A program made the position numbers and the translations under genes. Shown here one piece after another: positions 20,032 to 29,995 of a stretch of 64,000 bases of DNA (position 1 is the first letter of the stretch; every line of letters starts with the position of its first letter). Under the pieces are notes generated by a model. That model was not told where the DNA came from and ran no database searches. It saw only the letters and a list, made by a program, of their open reading frames with translations. This DNA is from a bacterium. Lineage in GTDB: Bacteria > Margulisbacteria > Marinamargulisbacteria > JABIPA01. The stretch spans positions 37,409 through 101,408 of the forward strand of contig JABIPA010000023.1 of assembly GCA_018698675.1 (NCBI GenBank), written 5' to 3'.

Positions 20032-20589
20032 TTATTGTAAAATAAGCCAAACATAGTCATTAGACGAAGTTTCACCAGGAACTTCTGTCGAAACATCTAC
20101 TGTTCCGGAAAGCCTTGATAAGGTTAGTTCAATTTCAGTTGTTGTGTCAGATTCAATTGTAAATCCAGCCACAGACGTTGTGCCAGATGCTCCGCTCCAT
20201 ACTTCTACATCGTCTGCATCATAAAGTTTAATGGCAGCCGACCAACTACCAACTAAAAGACTGGTGTAGTTTCCTGTTGCGGTTGTTGAACCTGTCGACG
20301 TATTTGTACTTACAGATAAATCTTCTACATTTAAAACACCTGTGTCTCCTATTCTGTAAAGTTGGATCTCACCTCTAGATATAATTGAAAGAGTAGATGT
20401 TGCTGCTGTAGAAAATGAAGAATCGTTTTGAGAAATAAAGTCTGATGTTCTAGCCCTGATCGAAAGCTCGCCTGTTTGAAGAGATGATGTCGGTTGTGTG
20501 TTGTTTCATAAATTAAATCCGCCACAGCCGGTCATAAGAAATAATATAGGAATTAATATAGTTCCGATTATATATTGTTTTTTTATCAT
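20032..20589 (-). pseudogene. Lipoprotein paralog 2, interrupted by an in-frame TGA at codon 28 (20508..20506); absent from the ORF track
   Basis: ATG at 20589 encodes MIKKQYIIGTILIPILFLMTGCGGFNL, then TGA. The same frame continues for 157 codons with no Met (..LYRIGDTGVLNVEDL..LLVGSWSAAIKLYDADDVEVWSGAS..) to a TAA at 20034..20032. The downstream part is clearly homologous to the 19429..19998 protein. Confidence 0.55.
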
Positions 20590-20778
20590 AGGTTTGAGTT
20601 CCTTTCATAGTTCCTAGATTTTCTAGTGAATAAATTATTTAAATTTTGGATTTCACTATCAAGATTAGAATATAGAAGTAGAAGGATAGAATTAAAGCAT
20701 TAATTTATTTCGTTTGTATTAAGCCATTTAGAGGGTGGTAATGATTGGACTAGAATTCGATAATTTTTAGGAGATCAA

Positions 20779-23034
20779 ATGATTTTTTCTATGGTACAAT
20801 TGATTTTCGTTCACTTTTTAAGTAAAAATATAAATATGACAATTAAAAAATTTAAACAACTGATTGACTCTTTTTTTAACGTGATGTTCTTCCTTTTAGC
20901 AATTGGAACGCCTCTGCTTTTCACATCCTTAACGAGATCTGTTTTCGAAGTTAACAAACTACTATTGTTACGCGTAATTGAACTATTAGTTATTTTTGTA
21001 TGGTTTTTTAAATATTTGGTGTTGAAGGCTAATGATGAAGATAACAATGAAGAATCAAGTCTAATATTCGGAATTTTTAGGTGGAAACGAACGGGGTTTG
21101 AATTAGGGTTTGGAATTTGGCTTTTAGTAAATATAGTTTCGACTGTTGTATCTCAAAATATAATAATAAGTATAATTGGTTCTTATGATAGATGGGAAGG
21201 GATTATCACCACCATAAATTATATTGTTTTGTTTTTTATGATTGCAAAAAATATTCATTTAAAAAGTAGCTTTTTTTGGGTAATAGGGGGAATAATTGGC
21301 TCAACGGCGTTATCCTCTATTTATGGTGTGTGTCAGAGTTTAGGATGGGATTTTATGAATTGGAGTCAGGATCCTACGTTTAGGGTCTTTGCGTGTATTA
21401 ACAATCCTGTTCATTACTGTGCTTATGTAAGTATGGTTGTTCCAATTGGAGTTGGCTTGAATTTATATTTGAGCTCTATTAAAGGTATAAAGTCTAGATT
21501 TTCAATATTGACCAGATGTTTGGCTGCTTTTTTTTCTGTGTTAGTTATTATTAGTTATTATTACCTCGCAGTCGCTGGTTTTATATCTGGTTCTGTTTCT
21601 ACCATTGTTTTTACAACCTTTATAATTGTGTGTCTTTATCTAATGGGCTTAGACATCAGGTGGTTAGTTTTTATATCTACTTCTTTAATTTACTATACTC
21701 AGTTTTTATCTTTTTCTAGAGCAACGTGGTTAGGTTTTATTGGTGTTATGCCAATATTTTATTTGATGGCTACACAGTTGTTAGCAAAGAAATCTAAAAC
21801 GTTATATATAGCGGATTTCTTTTTTACAAGTATTGCTGTGGCTAGTTACGTTCTTTATGATATTTTTCAAGTTCAGGAAACAAAACCATATCTTGGTATT
21901 GCATTAATATTAATTCTTTCGGTTTGGGTATTTGTATCCTATTTTAAATTTGATATAAACGATCAAAATGAAGAAAGTATAAAGTATGTAGAGAAAAATA
22001 TGTCTAGTGAAGAGGCTAGTGATTCTTTAACTGATACTTCTTTGAAAAAAAATAGGATTGGAAACATATTTCAAAACTTTGCTGAAAAAACGATAGATCC
22101 AAAATATAGTCTTGTTGCTTTGGTATTGTTTGTTGTCGGTTTCTATCTAAACTACATTATGAAATATGACTCTTTTGTTGGAACGTACGTCACGCAACCA
22201 TCAATTTATTTACTTCACATAATGATGACATTCGGTTTGGTATACATTTCACTTTTATCTACAGGAAATTTAAAAGTTGTTATATCAAGATTGTCAATAA
22301 TTGCCATTTTTTCCAAACTTCAATTCGTAGCAGTAGACCCTAAGTCTGTTCTGCTATATGCATCTCTTTTAGGTATATTTTTTATTACTGGGTTACGGGG
22401 AAATAGGTATGTCGAAAGGGATAAAAAGAAATGGTTAATTTTATTTTTGATTGTTTTCGGATTTGTTATCACAATGCCAAGTATTCCAGGTTATATCGAT
22501 CAATTTGCTGAAGGGAAAAAGCAAGAATCGTTGTTAGTAATGAAAGCCGTTGAAAGTAAAACTGGTAGTTACCAAAAGGACGCTGAGAAAGGGACTGCTC
22601 GTACCTCAATGTGGAAGTCGTCTGTCCCATGGATAAAAGATTATTTATTTTTGGGTTCTGGACCAGATACAATTAAGTACATGTATCCAAAATATAGGCT
22701 TGCTGATTATGGGATTTTGGAAGGCGGACATAATTTTACGCCTGATAGATTGCATAATGAATATTTAAATACACTGGCTTCAAAAGGGGTAATTGGATTT
22801 ATATCATTTTATTTTGGAATCGTTTTATTTTGGTTTGTATTCGTGCTTAAAGATATATATGCTGCGAAAGCAGATCCACTTCGATACTTAAGTATGGGAT
22901 GTGTTGGTGGCGTAGGTATTTATCTTGGACAAGTATTATTTAACTTCGGAGTTGTCGCGACCTTAGTTTTATTTTATCTATTAATGGGTTTAGCCGTTGC
23001 AATTAAGGATATACGAAAAAATGACAATGGATAA
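20779..23034 (+). CDS. Polytopic membrane protein with an O-antigen ligase / Wzy-like domain
   Basis: 751 aa with more than 12 predicted TM segments. It has a Wzy_C-like motif (FSRATWLGFIG) and a large periplasmic loop. A good SD (AGGAG) is present. Confidence 0.6.
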   Translation: MIFSMVQLIFVHFLSKNINMTIKKFKQLIDSFFNVMFFLLAIGTPLLFTSLTRSVFEVNKLLLLRVIELLVIFVWFFKYLVLKANDEDNNEESSLIFGIFRWKRTGFELGFGIWLLVNIVSTVVSQNIIISIIGSYDRWEGIITTINYIVLFFMIAKNIHLKSSFFWVIGGIIGSTALSSIYGVCQSLGWDFMNWSQDPTFRVFACINNPVHYCAYVSMVVPIGVGLNLYLSSIKGIKSRFSILTRCLAAFFSVLVIISYYYLAVAGFISGSVSTIVFTTFIIVCLYLMGLDIRWLVFISTSLIYYTQFLSFSRATWLGFIGVMPIFYLMATQLLAKKSKTLYIADFFFTSIAVASYVLYDIFQVQETKPYLGIALILILSVWVFVSYFKFDINDQNEESIKYVEKNMSSEEASDSLTDTSLKKNRIGNIFQNFAEKTIDPKYSLVALVLFVVGFYLNYIMKYDSFVGTYVTQPSIYLLHIMMTFGLVYISLLSTGNLKVVISRLSIIAIFSKLQFVAVDPKSVLLYASLLGIFFITGLRGNRYVERDKKKWLILFLIVFGFVITMPSIPGYIDQFAEGKKQESLLVMKAVESKTGSYQKDAEKGTARTSMWKSSVPWIKDYLFLGSGPDTIKYMYPKYRLADYGILEGGHNFTPDRLHNEYLNTLASKGVIGFISFYFGIVLFWFVFVLKDIYAAKADPLRYLSMGCVGGVGIYLGQVLFNFGVVATLVLFYLLMGLAVAIKDIRKNDNG

Positions 23035-24076
23035 TCCCAAAAAAATAGATTTTAAAAGACTTCCTATGATGTGGTCGTTTATTTTGCTTGGCCTTTTTGC
23101 ATTGATGGTTTTAGGAATTGTCGAATTTGTTAAGCCTTTGCGAGCAGAACTAAATTATAGAGATGGGTATTTCCATTTTTTTCATAAACAGTATGATAAA
23201 GCTGTTTTTTCATTACAAAAAGCTGTCGATTATGCTCCTTGGGAAACTCATTATCGGGTGCAGCTTGGAAAATCTTACGAAAAAGCCGCAGAGATTGTTA
23301 CGGATCGTACGCTTAAATTGAAGTTGCTCGAACAAGCTAAACTAGAATATGAACGAATAGTAGAAATTGACGGTAGAAATCCTTGGTATCTAAATAGATT
23401 GGGTGCGATTAATCAGGCCTTTGCAAAAGTAAATACCGAAAAGCAATCTGTGTATTTAGATTTTGCCCATAAATATATAAAAATGGCAGCAGATAATGAT
23501 CGTAATAATCCATTGTTTCAAATGAATATGGCATTTTTTTATCACAAGACTGGTTTTTTTGATAAAGCTGAAAATTATTATAAAAAAGCATTGGCAATCG
23601 ATGTTCGGTTATCAGAGGCTTCTTATAACTATGCCGAACTTTTGTTAAAAAAGGGAGATAGTTTAAATGCCTACCAAATGTACAAAAATGTCTATGATAG
23701 GTCCCCCAATTTTGGAAAAGCGGCAGAGATTCTTGCTGACTTAAGTATTAAGCTTGAAAAGTACAGTGAAACTGAGGTGTTTTTAAAGACAGCGGTTGAA
23801 AAAGATCCGACTAACAAATCAGCGCTCCAAAACTTTATCATTGTTTTGTTTAAATTAAATGAATACCAAAAGGTTGTTGATTTATATGATTTAAATCGAA
23901 ATGTTATTGGTATGGATAATTCCGGTATATATAAGTTGTATGTTCAGTCTTTAATAGATTCAGGTCAGTTGAATCGGGGTAAAGAGGCCTTGGAAGAATA
24001 CATTTCTGTATATCCAGAAAATATAACGGCTAAAAAAGACCTTGAATCACTAACTAATTTTATTCGTACTCATTAG
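23021..24076 (+). CDS. TPR-repeat protein with an N-terminal membrane anchor
   Basis: Multiple TPR-like repeats (YYHKTGFFDKAENYYKKALAID...). The track start is a TTG at 22997. The ATG at 23021 has an AAGGAT SD and is preferred. It overlaps the preceding gene's end. Confidence 0.6.
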   Translation: MTMDNPKKIDFKRLPMMWSFILLGLFALMVLGIVEFVKPLRAELNYRDGYFHFFHKQYDKAVFSLQKAVDYAPWETHYRVQLGKSYEKAAEIVTDRTLKLKLLEQAKLEYERIVEIDGRNPWYLNRLGAINQAFAKVNTEKQSVYLDFAHKYIKMAADNDRNNPLFQMNMAFFYHKTGFFDKAENYYKKALAIDVRLSEASYNYAELLLKKGDSLNAYQMYKNVYDRSPNFGKAAEILADLSIKLEKYSETEVFLKTAVEKDPTNKSALQNFIIVLFKLNEYQKVVDLYDLNRNVIGMDNSGIYKLYVQSLIDSGQLNRGKEALEEYISVYPENITAKKDLESLTNFIRTH

Positions 24077-24085
24077 ATTGATCCG

Positions 24086-25345
24086 ATGATTCAAACAACA
24101 GACACCGTACTATTAGCTATAGATAATAAAAGAACTTCAGAACTTTGGTCTGCCTCAGATTCAGTTGAAGAACTTCGAGAGCTATGTGAAAACTTAGGGT
24201 ATTCAATTACAAATATTGAAATTCAAGCTAGAGAAAGACCTCATCCAAAATTTTATGTTGGTTCCGGAAAGTTACAAGAACTGAAAGAGTTATATAAAGA
24301 AAGTAACATTGGTTTATTTGTAACAGATGACGATTTAACCCCTCTTCAACATCGTACCCTAGAAGCCGAATTGGCTGTTAAAGTCATGGATAGAACAGGT
24401 ATTATTTTAGAGATATTTGCCATGAGGGCAAATACTAAGGAAGCTCAGTTACAGGTTGAGTTTGCTCAGCTAACATACTTGAAACCTCGATTAACAAGAA
24501 TGTGGACCCATTTGTCTAGATTGGGCGGTGGAATTGGAACGAAGGGACCTGGTGAAAAGCAACTTGAAGTAGATAAACGTCAGATTCGAAACCGAATGGA
24601 CACTATTAAAGAGAAGTTGCTTAAAATTGAAAAACAAAGGGGCCTCAAAAGAGAACGACGACAGACAACTCCGATTTTGACAGGTTCGATAGTTGGGTAT
24701 ACGAATGCTGGAAAGTCCACTCTTTTGAATAGTATGACTGAGTCAAGTGTCGTCGCAGAAAGTAAATTGTTTGCAACGTTAGATCCTACAACCAAAACTT
24801 TTCGAATACCTAGTAACGAAAAAGTTTTATTGACAGATACAGTAGGTTTTATCCAAAAGCTACCTAATCCTTTAAAGACGTCGTTTAAAGCGACGTTGGA
24901 AGAAATAAACGAGGCTAATTTTATATTACATGTTGTCGATATATCGAACCCAAATTGGGAATCTATGCTAAAAACGTCTGAAGTATTACTAGAGGATCTA
25001 GGCGCGAATAAGATTCCAACTATTTATGTGTTTAATAAGATAGACTTGGTGACAAGTCCTTCTACCTATGACACTATTCATAATTTCCATCCAAATGTCT
25101 GTGTTTCTGCAAGTAAAAAAGAGTCTCTATCAAAATTATTGGATGCGATTCAAAAGCTGTTGGACGTCTATCAAAAAGAATACGTATTTAGGATTCCTTT
25201 AAATAGAATGGAAATTGTGCACCTTCTTCATCAACATGGGAAAGTGTTAGAAGAGGAATACGAGGAAATCGTGACGATTAAAGTTAAAATTAACAAAATT
25301 ATTGCAGAAAAAATAATGGGACAGCTTGAGAAAAAAAGAGTATAA
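24086..25345 (+). CDS. hflX: GTPase HflX
   Basis: 419 aa with the HflX N-terminal domain and G-domain motifs G1 (GYTNAGKSTLLN), G3 (DTVGF) and G4 (NKID). Confidence 0.9.
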   Translation: MIQTTDTVLLAIDNKRTSELWSASDSVEELRELCENLGYSITNIEIQARERPHPKFYVGSGKLQELKELYKESNIGLFVTDDDLTPLQHRTLEAELAVKVMDRTGIILEIFAMRANTKEAQLQVEFAQLTYLKPRLTRMWTHLSRLGGGIGTKGPGEKQLEVDKRQIRNRMDTIKEKLLKIEKQRGLKRERRQTTPILTGSIVGYTNAGKSTLLNSMTESSVVAESKLFATLDPTTKTFRIPSNEKVLLTDTVGFIQKLPNPLKTSFKATLEEINEANFILHVVDISNPNWESMLKTSEVLLEDLGANKIPTIYVFNKIDLVTSPSTYDTIHNFHPNVCVSASKKESLSKLLDAIQKLLDVYQKEYVFRIPLNRMEIVHLLHQHGKVLEEEYEEIVTIKVKINKIIAEKIMGQLEKKRV

Positions 25346-25356
25346 TTTTTAACTCA

Positions 25357-26223
25357 ATGAATAGAATTAAATGTCTGCAAATTTCCCTCATTTTTTTAGT
25401 TTTATTTAATACTACTTTTTCGCCCCTATTCGCATCAATTGGACGTGCCTATGGAAAATCTAAAGGATTTGCTCTAGTCGAACTTTATACCTCAGAAGGA
25501 TGCAAGTCTTGTCCGAAGGCCGAAAAGTATTTGAATGAATATCTTAATATAGCGAGGCAAAGTAATGTTGATATTATTTGTTTATCGTTCCATGTAAATT
25601 ATTGGGATTATCTTGGTTGGAATGACAAAAATGCAAAGCCTGAATTTACGAATAGACAAATTAACTACGGACAACACTTTGATTCTAATGGTGTTTTTAC
25701 TCCTCAGGTGATTGTAAATGGTCAGGAAACTTATGTTGGAACTCTTCGAAAAAAAATCAAGAAGTCAATTGGCAGAGCGTTAGGAAGAAAAAACAAATCT
25801 AATCTAAATTTTACGTTTTCAAAAGAGTCGGATAATATTGTAATTGATTATAAGTTATCTAAGATTTACGACGATTCACGGTTATATATGGCTATTGTTA
25901 AAGGGCGTGAAAGTGTTGAAATCACCAATGGTGAGAATAAAGGAAAACTATTAAATCATCGGAATGTCGTTAAGAAAATGGTAGATATTAAACCAAATAA
26001 AATGGGGAAGCTTATAATTTCAACTAAATGGCTTCCTAAAATATCTGGGTATTCATTAATTGGATTTTACCAGTCTACAGAAACGCGAGAAATATTTGCA
26101 GCAAATCAAGTCGATGTTTCATTGTATGAGAAACCTATTTCTGTTGAAAGTAAGGATGAAGAATCTGAAGATTCCGACGATAAGAAGATTCCTAATTTTT
26201 CGGCGTCTATAATTGGACTATAA
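25357..26223 (+). CDS. DUF1223 family secreted protein (thioredoxin-like)
   Basis: 288 aa with a signal peptide and the DUF1223 hallmark (VELYTSEGCKSCPKAE). Confidence 0.6.
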   Translation: MNRIKCLQISLIFLVLFNTTFSPLFASIGRAYGKSKGFALVELYTSEGCKSCPKAEKYLNEYLNIARQSNVDIICLSFHVNYWDYLGWNDKNAKPEFTNRQINYGQHFDSNGVFTPQVIVNGQETYVGTLRKKIKKSIGRALGRKNKSNLNFTFSKESDNIVIDYKLSKIYDDSRLYMAIVKGRESVEITNGENKGKLLNHRNVVKKMVDIKPNKMGKLIISTKWLPKISGYSLIGFYQSTETREIFAANQVDVSLYEKPISVESKDEESEDSDDKKIPNFSASIIGL

Positions 26224-26427
26224 ATAAGTTTTTTAAATTTAGGGATGTTTCTTTACATACTCAATCGCATTTTTTTTACTCAAATATTAAAGTTTTTATT
26301 TAACAATGATTAGTCTTGAAAACGATAAACAAAATTCAATTGCATAAAAATATTCGTGGATTTTTCATTAATCCAAATAGGATACTGCCTTCATAAGCTG
26401 GTCTAGGAAGAGAACGATAAAATTAAT

Positions 26428-26580
26428 TTACTTTTTATTTGTAGCTGGCGGTTTGTTAGAAACTTTTTTAACTGCGTTTCCTAAGTTTTCCTTAAGAGCT
26501 TGTTTTTGCATTACGCTATTAAAGCCAAGTTTAGTCATATTGTTTTTAATAAGTCCGGTGAAAGATCGTACTGCTGTCAT
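26428..26580 (-). CDS. Small basic protein (50 aa), hypothetical; not in the ORF track
   Basis: ATG at 26580 sits behind a perfect SD (AAGGAGATG). It encodes MTAVRSFTGLIKNNMTKLGFNSVMQKQALKENLGNAVKKVSNKPPATNKK, which is lysine-rich, and ends in TAA. Confidence 0.35.
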   Translation of the reverse strand: MTAVRSFTGLIKNNMTKLGFNSVMQKQALKENLGNAVKKVSNKPPATNKK

Positions 26581-26708
26581 ATTTACATCTCCTTATTATA
26601 CTTAATACCACAATTTCTCTTTAAAAAAACAATGATATTTTGTAATACTTATATATAGACACCATTTAAACATTTAAAATAGGTAATATAATTTGGAAAG
26701 GAATTTCA

Positions 26709-27971
26709 ATGACAATTAAACTAAAATTGCATACGCAGATATTTATAGGGATAGCACTTGGTATTATTTGTGGGCTTTTATTAAAAGAAATGGGACAACC
26801 GTCTTCGATTGACGGAGTAGTTCAAGGTATTAATGTATCAGATAATTTATTCATATCGATGGTTGATTCTATTGGTAAAATATTTGTTCGCTTATTAAAG
26901 ATGATAATCGTTCCCTTAGTATTAGCATCAATTGTGATGGGAATCGTTTCTCTAGGAGACACAAGGCACGTTGGAAAAATTGGGATGCAGACATTTGTTT
27001 TGTTTGTAGTGACTACCTTGATTTCTGTTTCAGTAGGTTTGGTATTTGCCACTACATTGAAACCAGGCTTACATGCAGGTGTATCTGTAGAACAAGTTTC
27101 AGAAACGGCAGTTGCATCGGCACCTTCAATTAGTCAAATTTTGGTTGATATCGTTCCTAGTAATATCTTTGACGCGATGGCAAACACTAGTATGTTGTCA
27201 ATTATTTTCTTTGCTGTGTTGATTGGGTTGGCAATTACATCTTCTGGGGAAAGAGGTCGTCCTCTTTTAGAAATTTTTGACGGTTTAAATCAAGTCATGA
27301 TGAAGGTAACGGATTGGATTATGGCGTTTGCACCGATTGGTGTTTTTGCGCTTTTGACAGGGCTTGTTGCAAAGACAGGCTTAAGTGCTTTTATCCCTTT
27401 AGGTGTTTACATGGGAACCGTTCTTATAGGGCTTTTTGTTCATGCGTTTGTGGTTATGCCTTTACTTTTAATTGTCTTAGGTAGGTATTCGCCAATTAAG
27501 TTGGCCAGAAACATAGTAACGGCGTTGGCTACTTCATTTTCAACCGCAAGTAGTGCGGCAACCCTTCCTATAACAATGGACGGATTAATTAAGAACACAA
27601 AAGTTTCAAATAGAGTTACTAGTTTTGTCATTCCTTTGGGAACCACTATCAACATGGACGGAACGGCTCTGTTTCAAGGTGTTGCCACTGTGTTTTTGGC
27701 TCAAGCCTCAAATGTTTCCTTAGGAGTTCATGAGATGGTCATAATCGCGGTCACTGCTACGCTTGCATCTATCGGAGCCGCTGCTATACCTAGTGCAGGG
27801 ATTGTTACGTTGGCTCTGATTTTGGATGCAGTGGGTGTTCCTATTGGAGGAATCAGTGTTATTCTAACAGTGGATAGAATTTTAGATATGTGTAGAACCA
27901 GTATCAATTTGTGGGGAAACGCCTGTGTTTCCGTAATAGTTGCTAGGTTTCAGGGTGAGGAATTAAAGTAA
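26709..27971 (+). CDS. Dicarboxylate/amino acid:cation symporter (GltP/GltT family)
   Basis: 420 aa with the DAACS family layout and conserved blocks (PLGTTINMDGTALFQGVATVFLAQ, AAIPSAGIVTLALIL). Confidence 0.85.
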   Translation: MTIKLKLHTQIFIGIALGIICGLLLKEMGQPSSIDGVVQGINVSDNLFISMVDSIGKIFVRLLKMIIVPLVLASIVMGIVSLGDTRHVGKIGMQTFVLFVVTTLISVSVGLVFATTLKPGLHAGVSVEQVSETAVASAPSISQILVDIVPSNIFDAMANTSMLSIIFFAVLIGLAITSSGERGRPLLEIFDGLNQVMMKVTDWIMAFAPIGVFALLTGLVAKTGLSAFIPLGVYMGTVLIGLFVHAFVVMPLLLIVLGRYSPIKLARNIVTALATSFSTASSAATLPITMDGLIKNTKVSNRVTSFVIPLGTTINMDGTALFQGVATVFLAQASNVSLGVHEMVIIAVTATLASIGAAAIPSAGIVTLALILDAVGVPIGGISVILTVDRILDMCRTSINLWGNACVSVIVARFQGEELK

Positions 27972-28020
27972 TTTTTATTTTTTTGATTTATGGGCTGGTA
28001 AGAAATTAGGGTGAGGTAAT

Positions 28021-29499
28021 ATGGAAAATTCAAATAAGACAAAGCTTTTTTCAGAAGTAGGTCTAAAAAGTTCGTTTGCTTCTATTTTTGAAAAATCTGA
28101 GTGTTTCGTAATATCAAATATTAACTTGAATTTTCAAAATCAACGTCGGTTTACATTATTTGTTTCAAATGACCTCATTCAATTTATAGAAAAAAAAGTA
28201 TCAGGAGAGACCTACAGTTGGGGTAAGTATTGGGATCAAGATCAAATTTATATGAATAAAACTAAATATGAGAAAGAGACCATAATTCCATTTTTTGGGA
28301 TGTTAGAAACATGTATATATCAAATTATGGGTAAAGACGCCGCTGTGTTTTTTCTTAATGAGTCAAGTGAAACGGTATCTGTTCCAAAAAAACATGAAGA
28401 TATTCAAAATATTGTTTTTCAAGATTTAGTTGAGTTGCCGTTTTCAGTAAATATGGACTTTAAATTAGAAGTTCGTTTTCAAATGCTCCAGAAAGTGTCT
28501 TATTCTTTAAGAAAAGCAAAAAGTTTTCTTGTAGATCGGCCAATTTCATTTAGTGAGATTACTGATGAACCGGCTCCTTTGAATGGACGTATGAATACTC
28601 CTTCGAGCTTGGAATCCATGGGAATTCAGATGTTAGGTGGACTTCGAAATGACAATGGCGTTGGTACCGATGAGTCGTTAAAGATTCTGGAAGAAAAGCC
28701 CGTTTTATTTAATCAATTGGTTGGTCCAAATAAAGAAGAAATAGTGTCTCTTTTTTCGGAGAGAGTGCTTGAAGAGGGCGTTAGTTTATCAAATTTTTTA
28801 AACTTAATAAAAACGTTATATTTGTCTTGGCCAAAAGTAAATGATGATGTTCATTTGTGTGTAAAAACATGTATTGAGTCGCTTTGTAAAAACAGTGATA
28901 GTAGCGTGATAGTACAGGACCTTTTTGAAGGTGGATGGATGATTCCTCAAGCATTAAATTCTTTTTCTTTGGATTACATTCCTCTTTTTGAAAATCTTTT
29001 GAAAAAAAATAAATTAAATGAGTCGGAAAAAGAATTTGTTTCTTTGTTGGCCAATTATATTTTAAGAAGTGAAGACGTGACAATTGTTTCTGAACAGGTG
29101 ATGAATGCCCTTTATTTGTCGGAACATATTGAAGACTCAGTAAAGTTTCGTCCTTGGAAAAAGGGGTTTCTTCATGGGTTTACCCTTTCTGTACGAAAAT
29201 CTACGTTGCTTTCTAAGCTATTAAACAAAAATACCCTTGATTCATTTGACGACCTATCTGAAAACAAAAAGAAAGTAATTGAAATATTAAAGGCCATGTT
29301 GTTTTTAGTCGAAAAGGGTGTAATTGAAAAAATGTCGTTGAGAGGATTTGAAAATTACATTTTTAATATAGATAAAATGTCTTTAGGTCATCTTGACGAG
29401 ACTTTAACTTTAAGTGAATTTTATAGTGAAAATTCAATGACTGATTTTGCTAAATATTATGCCAATCAATTCGATCGTATCGTTGCGGAATACTTTTAA
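28021..29499 (+). CDS. Hypothetical protein (492 aa), no recognisable domain
   Basis: Long ORF with a good SD (GGTGAGG). It is soluble and has no signal peptide. Confidence 0.5.
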   Translation: MENSNKTKLFSEVGLKSSFASIFEKSECFVISNINLNFQNQRRFTLFVSNDLIQFIEKKVSGETYSWGKYWDQDQIYMNKTKYEKETIIPFFGMLETCIYQIMGKDAAVFFLNESSETVSVPKKHEDIQNIVFQDLVELPFSVNMDFKLEVRFQMLQKVSYSLRKAKSFLVDRPISFSEITDEPAPLNGRMNTPSSLESMGIQMLGGLRNDNGVGTDESLKILEEKPVLFNQLVGPNKEEIVSLFSERVLEEGVSLSNFLNLIKTLYLSWPKVNDDVHLCVKTCIESLCKNSDSSVIVQDLFEGGWMIPQALNSFSLDYIPLFENLLKKNKLNESEKEFVSLLANYILRSEDVTIVSEQVMNALYLSEHIEDSVKFRPWKKGFLHGFTLSVRKSTLLSKLLNKNTLDSFDDLSENKKKVIEILKAMLFLVEKGVIEKMSLRGFENYIFNIDKMSLGHLDETLTLSEFYSENSMTDFAKYYANQFDRIVAEYF

Positions 29500-29995
29500 T
29501 ATAAAAGATTTTTAATCGTCATATTCGCGGTATGTAATTTCAAAGTAAAATATTTCCTCCCAGCTTTACCTTCCCCATCCTACAATCTTACTAGGATCCG
29601 GGTTCATTAAGTTCCATTTTTAGTTATCATATTTTTTATTTGCATCTATTAATGAGTCATTCTTTTTTTTCTCTTGTTGTAATTCGATTATCATTTTCGA
29701 ATTGATAATGAGCCTGTAAAAAGATGCCGCCATGTTTCAGCAGAAATGATGGCAAAATCTCAAACAGACTTTAAATTGTAATACTTCGAAACCCATTGTG
29801 TTTCATCGTTTAATATAATGATATTTTCATTCCTATAAATATAGTAAAAGGCATAATATTTGTAATTAACAAATTATGTATAAATAGTTGAATTGAGAAA
29901 ACCCAATTATATTATAAAATAAAGTGAAATTTTTATTATTTTTATTCGATAATTAAGTAATACCCTATGTAAATGAGGGAAGGGAGAAATTAAAT

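Noticed and set aside
20506-20508. In-frame TGA in the second lipoprotein gene read as selenocysteine or as Gly/Trp reassignment
   Set aside because: TGA terminates the subtilase gene (16277..16279) and other ORFs. No SECIS-like hairpin is evident downstream, and there are no sel genes in the window. A pseudogene or sequencing error is more parsimonious, though recoding is not excluded.
21528-21563. T8 homopolymer (21528..21535) and a 10-bp tandem duplication TTAGTTATTA x2 (21541..21560) inside the O-antigen-ligase-like gene as phase-variation switches
   Set aside because: There are only two repeat copies and a modest homopolymer in a 65% AT genome. There is no evidence of length polymorphism, so this is probably a compositional coincidence.
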